A stretch of 62,683 nt of DNA, filler included, from a bacterium (lineage in GTDB: Bacteria > JACRDZ01 > JAQUKH01): assembly GCA_028719205.1 (NCBI GenBank). It is 3 parts of 3 records of this genome, joined end to end, with 100 filler letters (N's around TTAATTAATTAA, not from the genome) between each part and the next. Parts side by side here need not be neighbours in the genome. Positions count along the whole stretch, not along the records: positions 1 to 27,950 come from JAQUKH010000033.1; 2 more parts are not named here. The stretch is one strand, 5' to 3'. The translations under genes were made by a program, and so were the position numbers. Below the pieces are notes generated by a model. The model was not told the origin of the DNA. It did not search any database and saw only the letters and a list, made by a program, of their open reading frames with translations. This document shows positions 20,397 to 28,050 of this stretch, piece by piece. Position 1 is the first letter of the stretch; the number at the start of each line of letters is the position of its first letter.

Positions 20397-21077
20397 TTAC
20401 CATCTTTTACTATGACAAATAGTATTGTTACTGCATCCCAACTCTGTGCCGACTGCTACATTTTTATCCGGCTTTTTAGTAGAGTATGTCCCATTTTTAT
20501 GACAACCAAAACAAACAGTTAAATTAGTTAAAGACATTGGATTTGTTTTGGAATGGTGTACCGCCCGTGGTGTTGTTGTATCGGTAGTGCTTGTATCATC
20601 GGCGGTTTTGTTATTCCAGGGCGCCCGTGGATGAGGTGCGCTAACACCGTGGCAGGTAAAACAAGGCACATTTACGATACCGCCCGCAAAATCCTGGCCG
20701 TGGCATTTCTGGCAGCGAGGGAATCCATAAGTTGATGACCCGTTAATAGATGTAGAATTATATTTGGCATTCGCCCCGTGCGCAGTGAAATCCGACCAGC
20801 CGGCAGGATGCTGTTCATGACAGGCTTGCCCCTTATAACTCGCGGAAAAACAATTTACATTCGAGTTCCCGCCATCACAATTGACCCCGTGGCAATTAGT
20901 ACACCCGGTTTTTTCTTTATACGCGAGATATCCGGTCTTATGAACTTCGATCCAATTTTCAGGATGTAATATCGTACTAACCGTTGGTTGTTTATTCTTG
21001 CTACCGCACCCTGAAAAACATATTAAAAACACTATAAAAATAAAAAATCTAAAAGAAACAATTTTTATTTGTGACAC
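20397..21077 (-). CDS. Multiheme c-type cytochrome lipoprotein (4 CxxCH plus CX9CH and CX5CH)
   Basis: GTG start, lipobox FSGC; CTNCH, CQKCH, CFTCH, CFGCH; CFSASYKGQACH, CSNNTICH. Confidence 0.88.
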   Translation of the reverse strand: MSQIKIVSFRFFIFIVFLICFSGCGSKNKQPTVSTILHPENWIEVHKTGYLAYKEKTGCTNCHGVNCDGGNSNVNCFSASYKGQACHEQHPAGWSDFTAHGANAKYNSTSINGSSTYGFPRCQKCHGQDFAGGIVNVPCFTCHGVSAPHPRAPWNNKTADDTSTTDTTTPRAVHHSKTNPMSLTNLTVCFGCHKNGTYSTKKPDKNVAVGTELGCSNNTICHSKRW

Positions 21078-21152
21078 GGTTTGCCCCTTTCATTATTTTT
21101 CCGGCTATGGTATTAGCTTAACTAGATGGATCTATATGCCTATTAAATTTTA

Positions 21153-21181
21153 ATTGTAGAACACAAAATTTATATAGTCAA
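21153..21181 (-). promoter_or_regulatory. Sigma70-type promoter for the cytochrome-porin-PBP-MCP unit
   Basis: TTGACT-N17-TACAAT. Confidence 0.55.
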
Positions 21182-21194
21182 TGCAAATTTTATC

Positions 21195-21223
21195 TTGACT
21201 AAAAAAGTATTTTATTCTATTAT
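21195..21223 (+). promoter_or_regulatory. Sigma70-type promoter for the ptsN-like gene
   Basis: TTGACT-N17-TATTAT. Confidence 0.5.
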
Positions 21224-21233
21224 CTACAGCAAA

Positions 21234-21261
21234 GTATCGGTTTTGTAATATAGAGACTTTA
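21234..21261 (-). promoter_or_regulatory. Weak sigma28-like promoter pointing at the cytochrome operon
   Basis: TAAA-N16-ACCGATAC. Confidence 0.35.
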
Positions 21262-21269
21262 ATATTATT

Positions 21270-21818
21270 ATGAGAAATAGATCATTAAAAATATATCCTC
21301 TTATATCGGAAAAAAGTATAAATCCTAACCTTTATTCAACTACTAAAGAAGAAGCCATTAAAGAAATAATCGAGCTGGTTAATTCAGATCAGGTGCTGAC
21401 AGATAAGAGTAAATTTTTAAATTTAATTATAGAAAGAGAAAATCTATGCAGTACCGGGCTTGAAAATGGCGTGGCTTTTCTTCATCCGAGAGTAGCGGTT
21501 GAAGGGCTTGTAAATAAAACAACCATCGGCATAGGTATTTCCCGTAAAGGAATCGATTTTAATTCAGCGGATGAAGAATTAACCTATGTATTTTTCATAT
21601 TATGTTTTAAGGAATATGAGAATCATTTGCAGTACTTATCCTATTTGAGCCGTCTCTGTAAAGATATTGAATTTATAAATAATCTGAAAAGTGCTGATAA
21701 TTTCAAAGAGATTATAAAAATTATTGATGAAAAAGAAAAAAGCGATAAATCTGCAGGGATACCACCGCACAAGACACTTTATGATGGTATAATGAGTTTT
21801 TATCAAAACAAAAAATAA
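21270..21818 (+). CDS. PTS EIIA (PtsN/fructose-mannitol type) domain protein
   Basis: ERENLCSTGLENGVAFLHPR, GIDFNSAD, HLQYLSYLSRL. Confidence 0.88.
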   Translation: MRNRSLKIYPLISEKSINPNLYSTTKEEAIKEIIELVNSDQVLTDKSKFLNLIIERENLCSTGLENGVAFLHPRVAVEGLVNKTTIGIGISRKGIDFNSADEELTYVFFILCFKEYENHLQYLSYLSRLCKDIEFINNLKSADNFKEIIKIIDEKEKSDKSAGIPPHKTLYDGIMSFYQNKK

Positions 21819-21819
21819 T

Positions 21820-22461
21820 ATGCTTACTAAAATTGGCGTACAGCGGGGTACAAAAGACAATATTAAGCTTGCGGGAATATTTACTGTCGTTTCCGGTTAT
21901 ACAAATACACTGGCTTTTTTAACTGTTGGTTTTCTTGTATCACATGTTACCGGAACAGCTACTCATTTCGGCCTTAATGCCGCTAAACTGGATCTTAGCT
22001 TTATTCAATATGGTTTGATGCTGTTGATGTTTATACTCGGTGCCATCATGAGCAGTTTCATAATGATCCATCCGCATTTAAAAAACAGTATCGCTCTTTT
22101 GATCGAAGGCGGCATTCTATTGATAACCGGTTTAATAACTTTACCTTCATTAAAACTTTCCGCAATAATTACCATAAATCTTGTTCCATTATCTTTATGC
22201 CTTGCCATGGGAATACAAAGCGCCTCAACAACTTATTTATCTTCAGCTATAGTCCGGACAACTCATCTTACCGGAGCCGCGACTGATATCGGCATGGCTA
22301 TAGTAAAAAAAGACATAAGGGCGTTAATTATTCTATCGGTTATTATCTTAGGTTTTATTTTTGGATCATTTTTAGGGTATTTCGCGAATTTATATTCAGG
22401 GATACACGGTTTTATACTCCCCGGGATCGTAATTACTGTAATAGGAATAGCGTATTTATAA
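21820..22461 (+). CDS. YoaK/DUF1275 family membrane protein
   Basis: SGYTN, VSHVTG, AMGIQ, VRTTHLTGAATDIG; multiple TM. Confidence 0.88.
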   Translation: MLTKIGVQRGTKDNIKLAGIFTVVSGYTNTLAFLTVGFLVSHVTGTATHFGLNAAKLDLSFIQYGLMLLMFILGAIMSSFIMIHPHLKNSIALLIEGGILLITGLITLPSLKLSAIITINLVPLSLCLAMGIQSASTTYLSSAIVRTTHLTGAATDIGMAIVKKDIRALIILSVIILGFIFGSFLGYFANLYSGIHGFILPGIVITVIGIAYL

Positions 22462-22473
22462 ATAGGTCCGGCA

Positions 22474-25443
22474 TTACGCAAAATCAGATGAGGGTTTGTC
22501 GATATAATAACCCTGCGCGAAATCGATCCCGAAATCTTTTAGAAGCTCCAGCGTCGCTTTTCTTTCTACAAATTCAGCAATGATCATGATCCCCATACCT
22601 TTAGCCATATCCGCAATAGCTTTTACGATCAACTGGTCTTTCAGGCTTTGTTCCAGGCGTTTAACAAATGATCCGTCTATTTTAATATAATCTACATTCA
22701 TTTCTTTCAAAAACACAAAAGAAGTAAACCCCGCTCCAAAATCATCCAGTGAAATACCGCAGCCTATTGCTTTTATTAAATTAATAAATTTTACGGCCGT
22801 GTCCATATTTTTAATGGCGGCAGTTTCTGTTATTTCAAACACTAAAAATTTAGGGTCAGCTCCTGTTTCCATTATTTTAGACTTCAAAAAAGAAATAAAC
22901 TCCATGTTCTCCAGATCTTTTTCAGAAAGATTTACGCAGAAAGTAATATTCTTCCCCTCACTTTTTAATTTTGCCATAATTTTTAATGTTTTCTCTGTAA
23001 TAACCTTATCTATAAAATATATTAATCCGGTATTCTCCGCGGTTTCCATGAACATCGCGGGCGTAGCAATATTCCCGTTTTCATCGACTATCCTGGCCAG
23101 TACCTCATAATGATGGATCTTATTACTATTTATATCCAGGATCGGCTGGTACCATGGCTCCACCCGGTCTTCTTTTAATGCCTTCTGAATAAACTCCTTC
23201 CACTTGAATTTTGAATAGATCTTTTCCAGATCATGATCTTTTGATTTGAAAAAGCAATATTGATTTCGTCCGGATTTCTTTGCCCTATACATTGAGGTAT
23301 CTGATTTTCTAAGAAGGTCCCTGACGGTATTCCCGCTTTCAGGATAAAGCGCGCATCCCATACTTATTGTTGAATGTATAGCAGCGTCAGAAAAATAGAA
23401 ATTTTCTATAGCCCTGCAAATGTATTCTGCCGCTTTTTCCCCTTCTTTTTCATCAATGTCAGGCATAAAAACCGCAAACTCATCGCCTCCCAGCCTCCCG
23501 ATAATACCTTTTTCCCCCGGTTTTTTTATAATGGAATTATATATTTCTACTATAGTTTTTTGTAATAATTCGGCTATACCGCGCAGATAATCATTTCCAA
23601 CCGAATGTCCGTATACATTATTAATAACCCGCAGGCCGTCAATATTAAACAAGGATAATATACCAATCTTCTCAAAATTTTTATCCTCAGCGATCCATTT
23701 ATCTAATTGATCCATAAACCAGCTCCTGCTGAAAAGGCCTGTCAGTTCATCACAGGAAACAAGGTTTTTGATCTTTTTCTCAGAGACCATCCTTTCAGTA
23801 ATATCTTCCTGAATAACAAGAAAATGCACGATTTTACCGGTTTCATCAGAGATAGGATTAACCAGGGAATAACACCAATATTCTTTCCCGTCTTTCTTTC
23901 TATTTTTTGATACCCCCCGCCATCCCCTTCCTTCTTTAATGGCTGACATCAACTCGTTATCTTCATTCTCTTTACCTCCGGAGGAAACAAACAAATATAA
24001 ACTTTTTCCAAGCAGCTCTGCCTTTAAATATCCTGTTAAAATTTCAAAAACTGAATTTACATTTTCAATTTTGCCTTCCCTATTGGTAATAAATACCATA
24101 TTGGTACTGTTATCAATAACAGTTGAAAGTTTTTTTATTTCAAACTGGGCGTCTTTCTCGCTGGTAATATCGCGAAATGAAGCAAGATAAGCAGGTTTAT
24201 CCTCCCATATTGTTTCTACTACCCTTAATTCCGCGAATCCTGCCCTGCCGTCTTTATAGATAATTTCTACTTCCAGCGTTTTATCAATCTTTTCAGAAAA
24301 AGCTGTAATTTTACTTAATACATCGTTTATGTTATCTCCAAAAAGGGATTTAGCGGTAGAATTTATGAACTGTACTATCCCGTTTTTATCCAGAATAATA
24401 ATGCCATCCGAGTCTTTTTCAACAATATTTAAGAAATTTGCCCTGCTTTGCTCTAAATTTTCTTTTGATTCATCCAGGTCCTTAAGCATATTCAAAATTG
24501 CTTCCTGATACTCTGTTAAATTCTTAGTCCGGTCATTAACTTTTTCTTCCATAGTCTGAAGCAACTCATCATGGTCCTGGTTTAACCTGTCTAACTCTTT
24601 AATAAGCCATTTTGTTTCCCGAATATCATAAACTCTGCACACAAAACCTTTTATTAAAAGATTCCCTGAATTTTTAGATTTTATGTTCTCATTTGAATAT
24701 ATTGCCGCGCCTGAAATGCTAACAGGTATTTTAACGCCGGTTTTTGTAATACAATATGTTTCGATCCATTTTGTTCTTTCCGGCCTGATAAGCCTGTCTG
24801 TCAAACTGCCGGTTAAGACCCTGCCTTCATTAATTAATCCCACATAATATTTCAGTTTATCTTTTAATCTTTTTATATTCCTGAAATCACTCGCGGTTAA
24901 CTGTCCTGCCTGTGCCCTTTCACTTATCCTTTTTGCCATATGAAGGTAATATTCCTCTCTCCCTTCCTTTATCTGTACCGCTGCAATAACATTAACTAAA
25001 TACTTTTTGCCCTCATTGTCAAAATGTGTGTGTACTACAGCATAAGGTTCACCCGCGGTTAACATTCCTGAGATAGGGCATTTATCCTCGGGGGGCTGGC
25101 ATTTGTAATCTTTACCATGTGTTATTTTATAGCAGTACTGGCCGATTATTTCTTCTTTTTTAAGGCAAGACATATTTAAAAAAGCCTCATTGGCCTTTTT
25201 TATTCTAAAATCTTTAGATATCAGGCAAATACCTTCATCAATTTCATTAAATATCTCTTCTTCCGCGAAAATTGATGAAATATGCCGCCCGATAAGGCTG
25301 TTTTTTTTATATCCTAACAAGTCCAGTAATCCCTGATTGACTTTTTCGATCATCCCATCAGGATTAAACATAACCATTGAATCAGTCATACAGGAAGCAA
25401 CTTCGTCTGTATATTTTTTTTTATTAATTCCCGTTTTTTTCAT
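22474..25443 (-). CDS. PAS-GGDEF-EAL diguanylate cyclase/phosphodiesterase
   Basis: DELTGL, RLGGDEF, YQPI..YEVLAR, FEITE, DDFGAG, KIDGSF, AEFVE, QGYY. Confidence 0.94.
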   Translation of the reverse strand: MKKTGINKKKYTDEVASCMTDSMVMFNPDGMIEKVNQGLLDLLGYKKNSLIGRHISSIFAEEEIFNEIDEGICLISKDFRIKKANEAFLNMSCLKKEEIIGQYCYKITHGKDYKCQPPEDKCPISGMLTAGEPYAVVHTHFDNEGKKYLVNVIAAVQIKEGREEYYLHMAKRISERAQAGQLTASDFRNIKRLKDKLKYYVGLINEGRVLTGSLTDRLIRPERTKWIETYCITKTGVKIPVSISGAAIYSNENIKSKNSGNLLIKGFVCRVYDIRETKWLIKELDRLNQDHDELLQTMEEKVNDRTKNLTEYQEAILNMLKDLDESKENLEQSRANFLNIVEKDSDGIIILDKNGIVQFINSTAKSLFGDNINDVLSKITAFSEKIDKTLEVEIIYKDGRAGFAELRVVETIWEDKPAYLASFRDITSEKDAQFEIKKLSTVIDNSTNMVFITNREGKIENVNSVFEILTGYLKAELLGKSLYLFVSSGGKENEDNELMSAIKEGRGWRGVSKNRKKDGKEYWCYSLVNPISDETGKIVHFLVIQEDITERMVSEKKIKNLVSCDELTGLFSRSWFMDQLDKWIAEDKNFEKIGILSLFNIDGLRVINNVYGHSVGNDYLRGIAELLQKTIVEIYNSIIKKPGEKGIIGRLGGDEFAVFMPDIDEKEGEKAAEYICRAIENFYFSDAAIHSTISMGCALYPESGNTVRDLLRKSDTSMYRAKKSGRNQYCFFKSKDHDLEKIYSKFKWKEFIQKALKEDRVEPWYQPILDINSNKIHHYEVLARIVDENGNIATPAMFMETAENTGLIYFIDKVITEKTLKIMAKLKSEGKNITFCVNLSEKDLENMEFISFLKSKIMETGADPKFLVFEITETAAIKNMDTAVKFINLIKAIGCGISLDDFGAGFTSFVFLKEMNVDYIKIDGSFVKRLEQSLKDQLIVKAIADMAKGMGIMIIAEFVERKATLELLKDFGIDFAQGYYIDKPSSDFA

Positions 25444-26320
25444 TCAATTTCTCTTCAAGTTTTCCGATCTTCTTTTTCAGCTCTATCATTTTCAATTCTC
25501 TTCCCACTGATGACTTCGCGAAAATTTCCAGATCGGATATTTTTTTCTCAAGTATTTTTTTTGTATTTGCCATTTCAGAAATATCTTTGGTAACATGCAC
25601 AACTTCTATCATTTTTGATTTTTCATTGAATATAGGATAAATAGAAATTATAAAATGATTTTCTTTTATCGGGTTATCCATTTCAATACTGCGGGATTGG
25701 CTATCTATTTTAGTCTTTTTAAAAGGGCAGCCCTCCCATGGTTCATCAAGTTTATGCAGAAGTTTATAACATTTCTTGCCAATAATATTTTTTGTATCCA
25801 ATCCGATAAATTTATAAAAAGCCTTATTTGCCCTTAAAATATTATAATCAAGGTCCAATATGAAAATAAAATCTGAAATCGCGTCAAATGTATTCTGCCA
25901 TTCCTCTGATGACCTTTTAATAATATCAATAACCATCATTCGTTCTGTTATATCACTGCCAAAACTTACAGTGCCTATTATTTTATTGGATTCAACAATA
26001 GGAGCTGCATTCACCGATAAAATAAGTTTTACTCCATCTTTTAAATTTACAACAGCTTCATAAGTTTGAGATTTACCCGTTAATGTCTCATTAAAAATTT
26101 TATTAATCCTTTCCAGATCTTCAGGCGGTACTAATAAACTATAAGGTTTTCCAATAATATCAGCTGATTTAAAACCGCCGACTTCTTCCGCTTTTTTATT
26201 TATATAAGTAATCATACCTTCGTTATTTGATACCCATATCAGATCATTTGAGTATTCGATCATATTTTGGAAGATATGTTCCTTTAATTCGACCTTATTT
26301 TTATTCTTTTCTTTTACCAT
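25424..26320 (-). CDS. PAS-PAS protein with C-terminal coiled coil, no enzymatic output
   Basis: Two PAS/PAC units, tail SVGRELKMIELKKKI; overlaps the GGDEF-EAL start. Confidence 0.85.
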   Translation of the reverse strand: MVKEKNKNKVELKEHIFQNMIEYSNDLIWVSNNEGMITYINKKAEEVGGFKSADIIGKPYSLLVPPEDLERINKIFNETLTGKSQTYEAVVNLKDGVKLILSVNAAPIVESNKIIGTVSFGSDITERMMVIDIIKRSSEEWQNTFDAISDFIFILDLDYNILRANKAFYKFIGLDTKNIIGKKCYKLLHKLDEPWEGCPFKKTKIDSQSRSIEMDNPIKENHFIISIYPIFNEKSKMIEVVHVTKDISEMANTKKILEKKISDLEIFAKSSVGRELKMIELKKKIGKLEEKLNEKNGN

Positions 26321-26324
26321 TTAA

Positions 26325-26444
26325 TTATCTCCCAAAAATAAAAAACCCAGGCTCTGTATTAACACATACACAATACCCGGGTTCAATTTTAGTAAAAATA
26401 TTTATAAGCGCTTTGCTTATTTTTCTTCCCTGCAAGAACATCAT
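26325..26444 (-). CDS. Possible 39-aa leader ORF MMFLQGRKISKALINIFTKIEPGYCVCVNTEPGFFIFGR
   Basis: GAGGA then ATG at 26444; TAA 4 nt before the PAS gene ATG; reads through the hairpin. Confidence 0.35.
   Translation of the reverse strand: MMFLQGRKISKALINIFTKIEPGYCVCVNTEPGFFIFGR
26334..26383 (-). terminator. Terminator-like hairpin immediately upstream of the PAS gene RBS
   Basis: AACCCGGG..TGTAT-GTGTTA-ATACA..CCTGGGTT followed by TTTTATTTTT then GGGAG. Confidence 0.55.
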
Positions 26445-26476
26445 ATTACATCCTCAAAGAAATGTTTTAAAACTTT

Positions 26477-26505
26477 ATTTTAGCATGAGCACAATTCAAC
26501 GTCAA
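26477..26505 (-). promoter_or_regulatory. Sigma70-type promoter (extended -10) for the leader-PAS-GGDEF/EAL unit
   Basis: TTGACG-N17-TAAAAT with TG before -10. Confidence 0.55.
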
Positions 26506-26561
26506 TCAATTTCAGAAAACTGTGCAATACAATAATTCGGTAATCAAATTTAGAACTTTAA

Positions 26562-26819
26562 TTACCCTTTAGCTATTTTGTGTTTGTAAATATATATCTT
26601 CGCGCCTATAATTTGCCCAATAATGTCAGCGCCAAGCATTACCGGATAAGTAATAAACGCAAAGCCCAGCCCGCTGAAGATCCTCAAAAGGACTATAAAC
26701 GGAATAGGCAGATGTATCGCCAGGAACCACTGTAAAGAAAATTTTTTCACTTTTCCCCGCCAGTAGCCAAAAGGCAGGTTCAGAATAATAACCGCGATAG
26801 AAATAAGCAAAAGCTTCAT
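26562..26819 (-). CDS. Small conserved-looking membrane protein
   Basis: Hydrophobic 85 aa, NLPFGYWR..FSLQWFLAIHLPIPF; GGAG RBS. Confidence 0.7.
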   Translation of the reverse strand: MKLLLISIAVIILNLPFGYWRGKVKKFSLQWFLAIHLPIPFIVLLRIFSGLGFAFITYPVMLGADIIGQIIGAKIYIYKHKIAKG

Positions 26820-26921
26820 TTATTCTCCAAATACTTTTTGCCGTATATTATAAAACAAAACACATCTTTCCTGTAAGAATTTTTATTACAATAAAAAAAA
26901 GTTTTATGCTATCATAATAAT

Positions 26922-27650
26922 ATGGATCAAAATAATTCCATATCCCTTTTGATGGCATTTTCCTCGGGTGTGCTTTCTTTCATTTCCCCCTGCGTCCTGC
27001 CTCTTATTCCCGGTTATATTTCGATCATCACAGGATTGTCGTTTGACGAACTTAACACTTCAAGTGAAGACTATAAGGTAAAAATATTTGTAAGTACCTT
27101 ATTTTTTGTTTTCGGGTTCAGCTCGGTATTTATTCTTATGGGCGCGTCAGCCACATTTATAGGGCAATTGATCTTCCGCTATTCCAATTCAAGCATAGTC
27201 AGATATATCTCCGGGATTTTAATAATAGTATTTGGGTTACACTTTTCAGGAATATTTAAGTTAAATTTCTTATACAAAGAGAAAAAACTTTTTGCCAATA
27301 AGGTTAATAAAATGACCCTGCTTGGGGTTTTTTTAATGGGCGCGGTGTTTGCTCTCGGATGGACACCCTGCATCGGCCCGATATTATCTTCCATCCTGCT
27401 CTATGCAAGCACAAAAGAAACTATGAAGGACGGGCTGATTCTTCTATCCGTTTATTCGCTGGGATTAGGAATACCTTTCATCATCACCGGAATAGCCTTC
27501 AGTAAATTTTTGAAATTATCGAGCGGGATAAAAAAACATTATCGGTGGGTCGAAATAATAAGCGGCACAATATTGATCCTGATCGGGATATTAATAATAA
27601 CCAACAACTTCCAGAAATTCTCCTTCTGGCTTATCGGAAAATTTCAATAG
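26922..27650 (+). CDS. ccdA: Cytochrome c biogenesis protein CcdA
   Basis: SFISPCVLPLIPGY and GWTPCIGP, six TM, YSLGLGIPF. Confidence 0.93.
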   Translation: MDQNNSISLLMAFSSGVLSFISPCVLPLIPGYISIITGLSFDELNTSSEDYKVKIFVSTLFFVFGFSSVFILMGASATFIGQLIFRYSNSSIVRYISGILIIVFGLHFSGIFKLNFLYKEKKLFANKVNKMTLLGVFLMGAVFALGWTPCIGPILSSILLYASTKETMKDGLILLSVYSLGLGIPFIITGIAFSKFLKLSSGIKKHYRWVEIISGTILILIGILIITNNFQKFSFWLIGKFQ

Positions 27651-27652
27651 TT

Positions 27653-27817
27653 CTATCTTTCCATAATATAATAAACGCCGTAAAAAACCCCGAAGATAAA
27701 TCCAAAAGACAAGCTGAATAGAATAGTAGAAAGCATATGCCCGCGGCTGGCCCCGAGCCAATAGCCTATACCTCCTGAAATTATTCCGCTCAGGAGGCCG
27801 ATCCCCAATACGATCAA
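27653..27817 (-). CDS. Small two-TM protein, weakly AtpZ/AtpI-like; start uncertain (TTG 27817, frame open to 27898)
   Basis: LIVLGIGLLSGIISGGIGYWLG...FGFIFGVFYGVYYIMER; not in the ORF track. Confidence 0.45.
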   Translation of the reverse strand: MIVLGIGLLSGIISGGIGYWLGASRGHMLSTILFSLSFGFIFGVFYGVYYIMER

Positions 27818-27898
27818 AAAACTAGTTGATTTAGCGCGTTCTTTTTTTTTACTCTTAAAACTCCTCTGAGCCCTCCAAATTAAGCCTGCCTTAAAACC

Positions 27899-27949
27899 TT
27901 ATTTACCTTGCATATGACAAATATCGCACGTTTTCTTGTCTTCTCTTTC
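27899..27949 (-). CDS. 3' end of a gene cut by the gap, ending in a CxxCH (probable c-type cytochrome)
   Basis: EREDKKTCDICHMQGK-stop. Confidence 0.5.
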   Translation of the reverse strand, partial: EREDKKTCDICHMQGK

Positions 27950-27950
27950 T

Positions 27951-28050
27951 NNNNNNNNNNNNNNNNNNNNNNNNNNNNNNNNNNNNNNNNNNNNTTAATT
28001 AATTAANNNNNNNNNNNNNNNNNNNNNNNNNNNNNNNNNNNNNNNNNNNN
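27951..28050. other. Artificial contig join (N spacer with six-frame stop linker at 27995-28006)
   Basis: N44-TTAATTAATTAA-N44; genes on both sides are truncated. Confidence 0.95.

Noticed and set aside
27995-28006. TTAATTAATTAA palindrome, repeated at 54380-54391
   Set aside because: Centred in identical N spacers and giving stops in all six frames; an assembly concatenation linker, not biology
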